From Acidobacteriota bacterium (lineage in GTDB: Bacteria > Acidobacteriota > UBA6911 > RPQK01 > JADFOI01): a stretch of DNA of 64,000 nucleotides. The stretch is taken from contig OY760074.1 of NCBI GenBank assembly GCA_963663035.1, positions 768,001-832,000 of the forward strand, given 5' to 3'. Shown here piece by piece: positions 18,638 through 28,598 of this stretch; positions within the stretch are counted from its first letter, which is position 1, and each line of letters begins with the position of its first letter. The notes under the pieces are model-generated. The model searched no databases. It was not told the origin of the DNA and saw nothing but the letters and a program-made list of their open reading frames with translations. The translations under genes were made by a program, and so were the position numbers.

Positions 18638-20203
18638 ATGCGTGTACACCTGGTCAATCCCAGTGACGTAGCTTTTGGCGTAGGGGTTATAACGCCGCGC
18701 TGGCTCTATGTCCTGGCGGCTGCGACTCCAGGCAGCTTCGGAGATCCCCGGGTGATAGATGAAACGCTCGAGCCCATGGACTTCACCCAGATTCAAGAGG
18801 GCGACGTCGTGGGAATCGGGATTCACACTCTGAATGCGCTGCGCGGCTACGAGGTGGGGCGGGCGGCTCGCCAGCGGGGAGCCTACGTGGTCTTCGGCGG
18901 CATCCACGCCACGCTCTATCCGGAGGAAGCCTACGAGTTTGGGGGTGCCCACGCGGCGGTGAAGGGCGATGGAGACGTCATTTGGGAAAAAGTGCTGGCG
19001 GATTGCAGCAATGGGGGTCCCCAACGCCTCTACGACGGAGGGCAAATCGAGCCCGACCAGTTCCTGGCAGCGCGTTGGGATTTGATGCCGCCGCGCGCCT
19101 ACATGATGGCATCGGTCCAAACGGTGCGGGGATGTCCCAAACACTGCTCCTTTTGTTCGGTGTGGCGAACCGACGGACAGCGTCCCAGACAGCCCGTAGT
19201 GGATAGAGTCCTGGGAGAGATTGTGGACCTGCGTCGTCAGGGGTATCGATTCATTGCGCTGGCCGATGACAACTTCTATCCGGTGACGCTGGAAGATCTG
19301 AGACTGGCCGAGAGCCGGAACCAACCCGAGCGGCTGGCCGAGCTGAAGGCCATCCGCGAGGAGCGGTTTGAATTGATGGACCGGCTGGCCGAGCTGCCCA
19401 AGAACATGTGCTTTTTCACCCAAATCACGATGGAGGCCGCAGACGATCCGGAATTTCTGGACGCCATGCGCCGGGCCAGGATCAAGGGAGCCCTGGTGGG
19501 AGTTGAATCGGTCACCCCGGAGGGTCTGAAGGCCGTTTACAAGGAGTTCAACTCGTCGGGCGATGACCTGGTGAAAAGGCTCCGAATTTTCCCGGAACAC
19601 GGCGTCCAGGTCCTGGGCTCCTTTATCTTTGGGCTGTCCAGCGACCGCACGGAAACCTTCGACACCACGGTCACTGTGGCTCAGGCTGCCCAGGTGGCCT
19701 TGGCCCAGTTTGTAACCCTGACCCCTTTTCCCGGCACGGTGGACTTTATGCGCTGGGAAAAAAAGATGGAGAACGACCCCACCCGCGTTGCAGGTTTTCC
19801 TCTGACGAGATTCTGGCTCATTCCCAGGCCGGTTCGACCGAGGCTGTTTATACCCCATCCGGAGATGTCCATTGAGGAGATCCGCCAGAACACCCAAGGG
19901 GTTTGGGACCGTTTTTATAGCCTGAAAAGAATCTGGCAGCGATCCCGCTGCACGCCGACCCTGCGCTCCCGGCTGGCCTTTATCATGATTTCAAAGCTCT
20001 ACCGGCAGATGTACGCCAACACGGGATTGGCCACCGATAGTGCTCGGATCGGCAAGGCAGCCCATTGGGCGTCGTGGTTGGCGAGGCCGCTGCAAAAGTT
20101 TTTTCAGTCGGCACCCATGCCGGAGCTGCAGGTGCCCGCGAGCTCAAGGGAACGGAAGGCTGGCGCTAACCCGATCCTCGCCAAGCAAGCATCAACCGGA
20201 TAG
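18638..20203 (+). CDS. B12-binding radical SAM protein
   Basis: VFGGIHAT, RGCPKHCSFC, DDNF, GVES, TPFPGT. Confidence 0.88.
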   Translation: MRVHLVNPSDVAFGVGVITPRWLYVLAAATPGSFGDPRVIDETLEPMDFTQIQEGDVVGIGIHTLNALRGYEVGRAARQRGAYVVFGGIHATLYPEEAYEFGGAHAAVKGDGDVIWEKVLADCSNGGPQRLYDGGQIEPDQFLAARWDLMPPRAYMMASVQTVRGCPKHCSFCSVWRTDGQRPRQPVVDRVLGEIVDLRRQGYRFIALADDNFYPVTLEDLRLAESRNQPERLAELKAIREERFELMDRLAELPKNMCFFTQITMEAADDPEFLDAMRRARIKGALVGVESVTPEGLKAVYKEFNSSGDDLVKRLRIFPEHGVQVLGSFIFGLSSDRTETFDTTVTVAQAAQVALAQFVTLTPFPGTVDFMRWEKKMENDPTRVAGFPLTRFWLIPRPVRPRLFIPHPEMSIEEIRQNTQGVWDRFYSLKRIWQRSRCTPTLRSRLAFIMISKLYRQMYANTGLATDSARIGKAAHWASWLARPLQKFFQSAPMPELQVPASSRERKAGANPILAKQASTG

Positions 20204-20235
20204 CTCTCACCAAAGAACGCCCGTCCCTTGCTCCG

Positions 20236-20655
20236 ATGATTGTTCAAGATTCAACTTTGAGTCTCCAGACCAAGGGATTTTGCCATGTGGTGAACATTAC
20301 CGATGACGTGCAGGGTCGGATTGATGAAAGTGAGATCGAGAGGGGAACCGTGACGGTGTTTGTGGTCGGATCCACGGCCGGGATCACGGTGGTTGAGTAC
20401 GAGCCCGGGCTGGTCCAGGATCTGGAGGATCTCTTCAACAAACTCGCTCCCCCCACCCGTGACTACCACCACGAGCAAACGTGGCATGACGGTAATGGCT
20501 TCTCACACGTGCGCGCTTCACTCTTAAAGCCGTCTCTGGTGGTTCCGGTGGTGGGCGGTAAGATGCGTTTGGGCACCTGGCAGCAGATCGTTGTGCTGGA
20601 TTTCGACAACGGTCCCCGTACCCGCGAGGTGGCAGTGCAGGTCATGGGGATGTAA
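20236..20655 (+). CDS. yjbQ: YjbQ/UPF0047 secondary thiamine-phosphate synthase family
   Basis: GSTAG, EPGL..D, NGFSH, LGTWQ, DFD. Confidence 0.88.
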   Translation: MIVQDSTLSLQTKGFCHVVNITDDVQGRIDESEIERGTVTVFVVGSTAGITVVEYEPGLVQDLEDLFNKLAPPTRDYHHEQTWHDGNGFSHVRASLLKPSLVVPVVGGKMRLGTWQQIVVLDFDNGPRTREVAVQVMGM

Positions 20656-20804
20656 GCCCGGATTATGCATAGGTTTTCGTAGCGAGGTGCCGAAAACGCC
20701 GTCCTGACAAGGCGCACGAGGGGTACCCGCTTGCGGGTCGCGCAACGCAGTCAGGGCGGATGCTTTCGGCGCCACAGCAGAAAATTTATGCATAATCCGG
20801 GCTA
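20654..20804. repeat. MITE-like palindromic repeat, copy 2 (inverted orientation)
   Basis: AGCCCGGATTATGCATA / TATGCATAATCCGGGCT; internal GGGGTACCCGCTTGCGGGTC. Confidence 0.8.
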
Positions 20805-20827
20805 AGGTTTCCCAGCTGCGATACTGG

Positions 20828-21661
20828 CTAGAGAATCACGTTATCGATTAACCGTGTCGATCCTATCTTGACTGCTGTCGAAAGCATGGCCTGTCTCTCG
20901 ACGACCTCCAATTCCTCGACAGTCCTGGCATCGGCAACGCTGACGTAGTCAACCTGTGACACCAGCGGCTCCTTCAAAAGGATGTCTCTGGTATGTTGCC
21001 TGAGGCGGTCAGCGTCCTTAACACCACTCTCCCACAGTTGCCTGGCTGCAAAGAGAGCTTGGCTGATGACCCGGGCCGCGCGTCGTTCCTCAGGACCTAA
21101 AAAGACATTTCGGCTGCTCATTGCCAGCCCATCCGACTCACGTACCGTAGGCACGGGTACCAGTTCTACTGCAAGATTCAAGTCCTCCACTAACCTGCGC
21201 ACTACGCTGTATTGCTGACCATCCTTTTGCCCGAAGTAGGCTCGGTCGGGTCCGCAAATATGGAACAGCTTCAGAACCACCGTAGCGACCCCTCGGAAAT
21301 GAGTGGGTCGGAACTGCCCTTCCAGAACCTGTCCTATCCTGCCCACCTCGACATCGGTTTCAAAGCCAGGAGGGTACATCTCCTCACTGGAGGGGGTAAA
21401 AAGAACATCGGTCCCTTCTGCCTCCAGTGTTGTCCGATCTCGCTCAAGATCGCGAGGGTAGGCCGCAAAGTCCTCTTGGGGAGCAAACTGGGTGGGATTG
21501 ACAAAGATGGTGACAACCAGAGTCGCGTTCTCACTCCGAGCCTTTCTGACCAGAGCAAGGTGTCCCTCGTGGAGTGCGCCCATGGTAGGCACCATTCCGC
21601 GAGGGCGGTCACTTTTGGCAAGAGCCTGTCGCACCTCCGAAACCGTTGTCGCAACCAGCAT
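20828..21661 (-). CDS. panC: Pantoate-beta-alanine ligase
   Basis: VPTMGALHEGH, FVNPTQF, FGQKD, GLAMSSRN, RLIDN. Confidence 0.96.
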   Translation of the reverse strand: MLVATTVSEVRQALAKSDRPRGMVPTMGALHEGHLALVRKARSENATLVVTIFVNPTQFAPQEDFAAYPRDLERDRTTLEAEGTDVLFTPSSEEMYPPGFETDVEVGRIGQVLEGQFRPTHFRGVATVVLKLFHICGPDRAYFGQKDGQQYSVVRRLVEDLNLAVELVPVPTVRESDGLAMSSRNVFLGPEERRAARVISQALFAARQLWESGVKDADRLRQHTRDILLKEPLVSQVDYVSVADARTVEELEVVERQAMLSTAVKIGSTRLIDNVIL

Positions 21662-21670
21662 GCCTGACCC

Positions 21671-22513
21671 CTAGGTGAGAGCTTCTTCAATCTCCTCAAT
21701 GATGGATTCATCCATGGATAGATCCTCATCTTGAGAAGGAAAAGCACCGGAACGCGTGTCATCGATGAACTGTTCCAGGGCTGATTTGAAGGTTTCAAAA
21801 CCCTTCGCATACTGGCGTACATGCCTTGGCGTGAAGTCGGTGAACAGGCCCAGGATATCGTGAAACACCTGTACCTGCCCGTCGCAGTGAGGACCTGCAC
21901 CAATCCCGATGGTGGGAATGTCCAGGCGCTTCGTAATTAGCCGACCCAAGGCCCCGGGAATCAGTTCAAGCACCACGGCGAACGCTCCTGCTTCCTGGAG
22001 AGACTCGGCATCCCGCACCAGTTCCAGTGCTTCTTCCTTGTTGCGGCCTTGTGCCCGATAGCCTCCGAAGGCGTGCACCGACTGAGGAGTCAGACCGACA
22101 TGACCCATCACCGGTATTCCCACCTCAACGATCCGCCTGACGGTCTCGGCAGCCCGCTGCCCCCCCTCCAGTTTGACCGCCTGCACTCCTCCTTCCTGAA
22201 GGGCAAGGCCGGCATTTCGCAGGGCCTGGTCCGCATTGATCTGATAGCTCAGGAAAGGGAGGTCCAGAACGACCAGAGCCCGGCTGGCGCCTCGCACCAC
22301 TGCCTGGCTGTGATGCAGCATGTCTTCCATGGAGACGGGAATCGTGCTGTCGTGACCGAGCACAACCATGCCTAAACTGTCTCCCACCAGTACCAAAGGA
22401 ATACCAGCCGCCTCAGCGATTTGAGCGCTGGTGTAATCGTAAGCCGTCACCACGGGAATTTTCTTCCCCTGGCCTTTCATGTCCTGGATATCTCGGATGC
22501 TCAATCTGGCCAT
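21671..22513 (-). CDS. panB: 3-methyl-2-oxobutanoate hydroxymethyltransferase
   Basis: TAYDY, LVGDSLG, VKLEGG, GHVGLTPQS, TIGIGAG. Confidence 0.96.
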   Translation of the reverse strand: MARLSIRDIQDMKGQGKKIPVVTAYDYTSAQIAEAAGIPLVLVGDSLGMVVLGHDSTIPVSMEDMLHHSQAVVRGASRALVVLDLPFLSYQINADQALRNAGLALQEGGVQAVKLEGGQRAAETVRRIVEVGIPVMGHVGLTPQSVHAFGGYRAQGRNKEEALELVRDAESLQEAGAFAVVLELIPGALGRLITKRLDIPTIGIGAGPHCDGQVQVFHDILGLFTDFTPRHVRQYAKGFETFKSALEQFIDDTRSGAFPSQDEDLSMDESIIEEIEEALT

Positions 22514-22522
22514 GGCTCGATC

Positions 22523-24262
22523 TCAGTAAATCGTCGCTTCGGGCATCAGCAGCCAGGGAGCTGGACGAGAGAGGAAGGGAATCTGCTCCTCGAGCCATTG
22601 GTTGACAGAGGGACGTTGCTGGATCCCAAAAAGCTCTCCACTGCTCAGCGCTTCCCACAGGGTTCGGGGTTGAGGGTAGAGCACCAGTTCAAGTTCCTCG
22701 TCCTCCTCCAACTCCAGGATCCGCTTCATCTGGGCAATTGCCTCGGGCAGCCCTCCCAGCTCATCGACCAGCCCGATTTCTCTGGCCTGAACACCGGTGT
22801 AAATTCGCCCTCGTGCCATGGGTTCCAGTTCCTCGTAGCTCAGCTGGCGGCCCTCGGCCGCTTTTTGAACAAAGGAGTCATAGATGGTCTCCATCCACGA
22901 TTCCACCATTTGTCTTTGCTCATCGGTCAATGAGGTCAGGAGCGAGAAGATGTCAGCGTTGGGGGAGGTCTTCACCTGATCAATTGTCACTCCCAGCCAC
23001 TGGTAGAGTTCTGTCATGTCAAACTTGCCAAAGATCACACCGATGGAGCCGGTAATGGTGGAGGGTTGGCTGATCACGTGATGAGCCGCCATGGAGATGT
23101 AATAGCCCCCCGATCCGGCAAGGCCGGACATGGAAACCACCACAGGTTTATGGGCTTCTTCAAGGAGTACCACCTCCTTCCACACCATGTCGGATCCCAC
23201 CACTGAGCCCCCTGGACTATCCACCCGGAAGATAATTCCCTCGATGCTCTCATCCTCACGGATGCTGCGCAGACGAGAAGCCACGGTCATTCCACCCATT
23301 ATTTGGGAGAAGGGATCACTGTGCCCCGAAGTGATGGCTCCCAGTCCTCCCAGCAGAGCGACCCGGTGCCCGGAGCGGCTTCTATAGTCGCTCTCAACTG
23401 CCTCCAGGTAGGCGCCTGCCGACAGACTTCCATTCCCCTCTGAATCCTCGCCGCTGCCTGCCAACTTTTCCTGGACCTCATGTTTGTAACCGAGTGCATC
23501 AACCAAGCGCTCCTCGAGAGCCTGATCGGCCGATAAGAGGCCGACCGCCAGGATGCGCCGTATATCTTCTTCATCCAGGCTTCTCTCTTGAGCAAGGACG
23601 GAAATGAAACGATCCTCGATGTCCTGGAGAATGGACTCGTACATTTCTCGAATTTCAGGAGTCATGTCTTCTCGGGTGTAGCTCTCGGCGCTTTTGTATT
23701 CCTTGAACTGTATGAAAATGGGCTTGATTCCGAGCTTGTCCATGGTTCCTTTATAAAAGGTGAGTTCGGCCAGCAGGCCGTTCACCAGCAAAGCTGCGCT
23801 CGGGTTCAAGGTGATGGTATCGGCTGCGGAAGCCAGATAAAGTTCAGGATCCCTGACGATGTCCAGAGCCAAAAAGGCATGAATGAGTTTTCCTGAGGCG
23901 CGGAAACTGTGCATATACTCACGCATTTCCTCGATTTGGGCCCAGTTCAAAAGCAAGGGATGGATTTCAAGGTAGAGGTCCGAAACTCGATCGTCTCGGG
24001 CCGCGTACTCAAGGACTTTTCCCAGTTCCCACAGACTCAGCGTGCCTGGTGCGAAGATTTGTGTCAGAGGGCTCTCTGGCGGCAGCTCGGGAACGGTTCC
24101 GGCCAGAACCACCTCCACAGTGGTATTTTCCTGGATGGTCGTTCCCTGGCCCCAGATCAAGAAGAGAAAAATCCCTAAAACGATGGTCAGGACAACGATT
24201 CCCACGGTGACGAGCACCAGGAGCCAGATCTTTTTCCCACTCATAACTTTCTCCTTGTCCAC
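22523..24262 (-). CDS. sppA: Signal peptide peptidase SppA (long form)
   Basis: EYKSAE, RVDSPGGS, SGGYYIS, TITGSIGV, GLVDELG. Confidence 0.92.
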   Translation of the reverse strand: MDKEKVMSGKKIWLLVLVTVGIVVLTIVLGIFLFLIWGQGTTIQENTTVEVVLAGTVPELPPESPLTQIFAPGTLSLWELGKVLEYAARDDRVSDLYLEIHPLLLNWAQIEEMREYMHSFRASGKLIHAFLALDIVRDPELYLASAADTITLNPSAALLVNGLLAELTFYKGTMDKLGIKPIFIQFKEYKSAESYTREDMTPEIREMYESILQDIEDRFISVLAQERSLDEEDIRRILAVGLLSADQALEERLVDALGYKHEVQEKLAGSGEDSEGNGSLSAGAYLEAVESDYRSRSGHRVALLGGLGAITSGHSDPFSQIMGGMTVASRLRSIREDESIEGIIFRVDSPGGSVVGSDMVWKEVVLLEEAHKPVVVSMSGLAGSGGYYISMAAHHVISQPSTITGSIGVIFGKFDMTELYQWLGVTIDQVKTSPNADIFSLLTSLTDEQRQMVESWMETIYDSFVQKAAEGRQLSYEELEPMARGRIYTGVQAREIGLVDELGGLPEAIAQMKRILELEEDEELELVLYPQPRTLWEALSSGELFGIQQRPSVNQWLEEQIPFLSRPAPWLLMPEATIY

Positions 24263-24290
24263 AAGTTTAGTGCCGGAGACATTTGAGTAC

Positions 24291-24553
24291 TAGCCCACAT
24301 TATGCATAAATTTTCTACAAGCGTGTCGCAATCATCCGCGCTGACGGCGTCGTGCGACCCGCAAGCGGGTACCCCTTGCGCTCCTCGGCGTACTGCAAGA
24401 GTACGCCTGCGGGGCCCGACCCGTGGCGGGTACCCCTCGCACGCCAGTCGGAGCCGCAGGCTTTAGCCTGCGGGCCCGTGGGCTAAAGCCCACGGCTCTG
24501 TTTTCCGGCGCTTTCGCCACTTTGCTACGAAAACCTATGCATAATGTGGGCTA
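24291..24553. repeat. MITE-like palindromic repeat, copy 3, with nested REP-like pair at 24451-24500
   Basis: TAGCCCACATTATGCATA / TATGCATAATGTGGGCTA with CTAG at both ends. Confidence 0.8.
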
Positions 24554-24577
24554 GCCAGCCTCTACTTTTTCTTGAAA

Positions 24578-25306
24578 TCACCTGCCACGGTACCAGCGAG
24601 CCAGGCGTGAGGGGTCGCGGCCAAGATAGTAAGCGATAATCACCAACTGGTTGATCAGGGTGGTCCGGAAAGGGCCAAGTTTCTGCCAGCGACGGGCCGA
24701 GGACACGGCGGCTGCCGGGGCGATGATGATGCTGCCCCGGCCGCGCAGTCTGCGAACCAGTTCAAAGTCTTCCATGATTGGAAGATCGGGGAACCCCCCC
24801 ATTTCACGGAAGAGTTCTGCTGTTAAAAAGATTGCCTGGTCCCCATAAGGCATGTGCAGGTATTGGGCTCGCCAATTGGCAGTTTTCTCGATGATCCGCA
24901 GTCCAGCCGAGGAGGCATCGAGTTGGAATTGAAAGGCTCCGGCCGCCACACCGGGTTGAGTCAGAATTTGTCGGATGTGGTGGTCAAAACCTTCCGGGAG
25001 GCGAGTATCGGCATGCAGAAAAACGAGGAACTTTCCTTCAGCTGCCTCGGCTCCAGCATTCATCTGTCGGGCGCGACCCAGGGGAGAATGGACGATCCTG
25101 GCACTGTGGGCTTGAGCCACTCCTGGCGTCCCATCGGAACTCCCCCCGTCGACGACTATTCGCTCCACACCGGTGGACTTCTGGGTGCTGCTGAGAGCCA
25201 GGTCGATCACTTCAGCCTCGTTGTAGGCGGGGATAATCACGGATATATCTGTGGGAGAGCCGGTCACCAACCTCCATTCTATCTCGCCTGGTCCTGATGA
25301 GACCAA
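24578..25306 (-). CDS. GT2 glycosyltransferase, TIGR04283-like (arsenosugar/rSAM-associated)
   Basis: ISVIIPAYNEA, GRARQMNAGA, FLHADT, YGDQAIF, GGFPDLPIMED, SARRW. Confidence 0.8.
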   Translation of the reverse strand: MVSSGPGEIEWRLVTGSPTDISVIIPAYNEAEVIDLALSSTQKSTGVERIVVDGGSSDGTPGVAQAHSARIVHSPLGRARQMNAGAEAAEGKFLVFLHADTRLPEGFDHHIRQILTQPGVAAGAFQFQLDASSAGLRIIEKTANWRAQYLHMPYGDQAIFLTAELFREMGGFPDLPIMEDFELVRRLRGRGSIIIAPAAAVSSARRWQKLGPFRTTLINQLVIIAYYLGRDPSRLARWYRGR

Positions 25307-25345
25307 TCAAGAGTATAATGTTGGAGGAATCTCCCAGGCTGGAAA

Positions 25346-26536
25346 ATGTGGTTGGAACGGAAGAGGAAGTCACGGGTTCTTGGTTGTGTGCTTGCCGCAC
25401 TGCTGGTGGGGATCCTCCTGTGGGCCGCTTCATCCCCCCTCCCTTTTACACCGCTCTCTGATGGGAACGTAGAGTCCTTCTCTTTTATCGTCTACGGAGA
25501 TATCCAGGACAATTACAGGAATGGCCACCAGGCTCTTGTCAATCTCATGCTCAGAGAAGACGCTGCCTTTGTGGTCAATACGGGAGACATTTCATCCAAC
25601 GGGGGAAAACACTACCAGCGCGATTTCTATCCGATCATCCAGGAGCTGGCGAAACGAATGGCTTTTTTCCCCAGCCTGGGGAACCATGATGTCAACTGGG
25701 GCAGTCCCCTGAGCCGCGATCGTTTTCTCACCTTCTTCCACCAAACCTTCGACTATCTTGGGCAGCAGGAGAACAATGCCCACCTGCTGGAACCCAACAC
25801 CCAGAAGCTCTGGTACAGCTTCCAGTATGGCGACGCTCTCTTTGTCGTACTCGACTCGAATCTTTTTATCGATGAGGGTCGATACCGCAGAACTCACCGG
25901 CTTGCTCCTTATCGGAATTACTTGCAGGAGCAGATGATCTGGGTGAGGGACCTTCTCAGAGACACCAGTCGTGATCCACAGATTCGAGCCAAATTCGTCT
26001 TCTTTCATCACTCGCCCTTTGTCAGTGATGAAAAAGATCCCGTGCCATTTTTTGGCTGGGGAGGACATCCGGGTCACACCCGGATGGTGGTAAATCTGAC
26101 GGTCCCTTCAGAGGAACCCGGCAAGAAGCTGTATCTTCTTGATCTTTTCAGGCAGCATCGCGTCACGGCAGTCTTTACAGGACACGAACACTACTATGAA
26201 AGATGGCAGGAGATCATACGAGAAGACAACCGGCCCATTCACCTACTCAATTGGGTGGTGACGGGTCTGGGAGGTGTCAAACCGCGCGGGACTCCGAAAT
26301 ATGAAGAGAAGAAGATCCAGAAGCTGTTGGAGGAGAATGAAACCTATCAGCATTACCTGACGCGAAGCTCCCAGTTGAATCCCAACTGGACGGCTGAATT
26401 TCAGCATCCCTTTCCGACAGAGGAGAGCCGCTCGGGCAGCTTTCACAGCTATGTCCTGGTGACAGTTGACAGCTCTGGAGTTCGCTTTCAAACCAAGGAC
26501 AAATCGGGAAAGGTCCGTGACCAGGGAGACTTCTAG
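25346..26536 (+). CDS. Calcineurin-like metallophosphoesterase
   Basis: GD, TGD, GNHD, HH, GHEH motifs. Confidence 0.85.
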   Translation: MWLERKRKSRVLGCVLAALLVGILLWAASSPLPFTPLSDGNVESFSFIVYGDIQDNYRNGHQALVNLMLREDAAFVVNTGDISSNGGKHYQRDFYPIIQELAKRMAFFPSLGNHDVNWGSPLSRDRFLTFFHQTFDYLGQQENNAHLLEPNTQKLWYSFQYGDALFVVLDSNLFIDEGRYRRTHRLAPYRNYLQEQMIWVRDLLRDTSRDPQIRAKFVFFHHSPFVSDEKDPVPFFGWGGHPGHTRMVVNLTVPSEEPGKKLYLLDLFRQHRVTAVFTGHEHYYERWQEIIREDNRPIHLLNWVVTGLGGVKPRGTPKYEEKKIQKLLEENETYQHYLTRSSQLNPNWTAEFQHPFPTEESRSGSFHSYVLVTVDSSGVRFQTKDKSGKVRDQGDF

Positions 26537-26925
26537 CCGGGATTTCCCGAGAGGGTCCAGGCAGCCCAACTGAGACAGCCCCACCCGGCCAACAGGGCAA
26601 GCCCGCCCAGCGGAGTGACGGCTCCCCACCAGCGAACACCGCTCAAACTCAGCACGTACAATGTTCCAGAGAAAATCGCTGTCCCGCCAATCAGGAACCA
26701 ACCTGCCATGTTCACAACCAGAGAAGGGGAGCGACCGGCCAGCCAGCCCACAGCCAGCAGGGCCAGAGCGTGCACCATGTGATAGCGGACTGCTGTTTCA
26801 AAAATACTCAGCATCTCCGGTGAGAGCTTCTCCCGCAGGCCATGCGTGCCAAAGGCTCCAGCGGCTACGGCCAGAAAACCCAAAACAGCGCCCGACCCCA
26901 GAAAAATCCGTTCCATAGTGGACAA
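26533..26925 (-). CDS. DUF423 (YgdD/TMEM256) membrane protein
   Basis: GAFGTH, FETAVRYHMVHA, FSGTLY, GAVTPLGG. Confidence 0.88.
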   Translation of the reverse strand: MSTMERIFLGSGAVLGFLAVAAGAFGTHGLREKLSPEMLSIFETAVRYHMVHALALLAVGWLAGRSPSLVVNMAGWFLIGGTAIFSGTLYVLSLSGVRWWGAVTPLGGLALLAGWGCLSWAAWTLSGNPG

Positions 26926-26950
26926 TGTTAGGAGGGGGGTCTGACCCTCA

Positions 26951-26989
26951 TGAAACTAGGGGACAGTCTACTCTGTCCCCTAGTTTCAT
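26951..26989. repeat. Long perfect hairpin between divergent genes
   Basis: TGAAACTAGGGGACAG-loop-CTGTCCCCTAGTTTCA. Confidence 0.6.
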
Positions 26990-27068
26990 TCTGGTTTGCT
27001 AAAATTTCCACTGGAATTCAGATCAAACATTTGATCAACTGAACCAGACGACAGCAGAGGAGAAAAGC

Positions 27069-28598
27069 ATGCACTGGAAAATGCGAATAGGGAAACTTCG
27101 GTTGGCGGCTGCGTTAATTTTCATCTGGGTTACAGTCGCTATGACTCCATCGGTGAGCGCTCAGAGCCTGGCCGACTTCGAAAAGAAAGTCACCGAGTTG
27201 ACCTTGAAGAACGGACTCAAATTCCTGATCCTGGAGCGGCACGAAGCTCCGGTAGTCTCCTTCCATACTTATGCGGATGTCGGTTCCGTCGACGAGGTCA
27301 AGGGAATCACCGGCATGGCACATGTGTTTGAACACATGGCCTTCAAGGGCTCCAAAACAATTGGAACTACGGATTACCAGAGCGAAGCCAGGGTTCTGGC
27401 GGAGCTTGACGATCTCTTTCTGGCCCTGAAGAAGGAGCGCGCTAAGCAAGAGGGAGCCGACCAGGAGCATCTGGCAGAGTTGCAACAACGCTTCGAGGAG
27501 GCTCAAGCGGAGGCCTCACAGTATCTGGTGCACGATGAGTTTGAAGAGGCCTTCATCCGGGCAGGTAGCGTGGGTCTCAACGCCAGTACTTCCAACGATG
27601 CCACTCGGTATGTCGTCAATCTTCCTTCCAACAAAGTGGAGCTGTGGATGGCTCTGGAGTCGAATCGCTTTCTGAACCCGGTGCTCCGTGAGTTTTACAA
27701 AGAAAAAGAGGTCGTCAAGGAGGAGCGGCGAATGCGAACAGACAGCAGTCCTCGCGGTCGCCTGATTGAGGATTTTCTGGCAGCTGCTTACAAGGCGCAT
27801 CCTTACGGCGAACCCATAGTGGGGCACATGAGTGATATTGAAACCATGACCCGTGCAGAATCTGAAGCGTTCTTCCGAAAATTCTACGCACCCAGTAATC
27901 TCACAATTGCCATCGTGGGAGATGTCAATCCCGTGCAGATCCAGAGCTGGGCCGAAACCTATTTCGGGCGGATTCCAAGTGGTCCAAAGCCAGACCCGGT
28001 GGAGACAGTGGAGCCACCTCAATCGGGACCGCGCACCGTGATGGTGGAGGATCCGTCGCAACCTTCACTCTACATGGGTTATCACAAGCCCGACATCAAC
28101 CATGCAGACAACGCGGTGTTTGATGCCATGACCGATATTTTGGGCAGGGGAAGAACTTCCCGTCTCTATAAGAGCATGGTGAAAGAAAAGCAAATCGCCG
28201 TCAGTGCCTCGGCCTTTCACGGTTTTCCAGGAAACAAGTACCCGGGCCTCTTTGTCTTTTTCGCCACACCGGCCAGAGGGCATACCAATAAAGAGTGTGA
28301 GGAGGGAATCTACGCCGAGATTGAAAGGTTAAAGACAGAGCTTGTGTCTCCTGAGGACCTGGAGAAGGCCAGAACGCGGAGCCGGGCAGATCTGGTTCGG
28401 GCACTTTCCTCCAACCGCGGACTCGCTCGACAGCTGACCTCTTACGAGGTCATTACCGGAGATTGGCGAAATCTTTTCAAGGAGCTGGATCAAATCGATC
28501 GAGTCACCGCTCAGGACATCCAGCGGGTCGCCCGGGAATACTTTACATCCAAGAATCGTACAATAGGTGTGATCGAAACGACACAGCCTGAGGGCTGA
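27069..28598 (+). CDS. M16 zinc peptidase, catalytic subunit
   Basis: HVFEH inverzincin motif, NASTS.D.T.Y, VKEERR. Confidence 0.9.
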   Translation: MHWKMRIGKLRLAAALIFIWVTVAMTPSVSAQSLADFEKKVTELTLKNGLKFLILERHEAPVVSFHTYADVGSVDEVKGITGMAHVFEHMAFKGSKTIGTTDYQSEARVLAELDDLFLALKKERAKQEGADQEHLAELQQRFEEAQAEASQYLVHDEFEEAFIRAGSVGLNASTSNDATRYVVNLPSNKVELWMALESNRFLNPVLREFYKEKEVVKEERRMRTDSSPRGRLIEDFLAAAYKAHPYGEPIVGHMSDIETMTRAESEAFFRKFYAPSNLTIAIVGDVNPVQIQSWAETYFGRIPSGPKPDPVETVEPPQSGPRTVMVEDPSQPSLYMGYHKPDINHADNAVFDAMTDILGRGRTSRLYKSMVKEKQIAVSASAFHGFPGNKYPGLFVFFATPARGHTNKECEEGIYAEIERLKTELVSPEDLEKARTRSRADLVRALSSNRGLARQLTSYEVITGDWRNLFKELDQIDRVTAQDIQRVAREYFTSKNRTIGVIETTQPEG

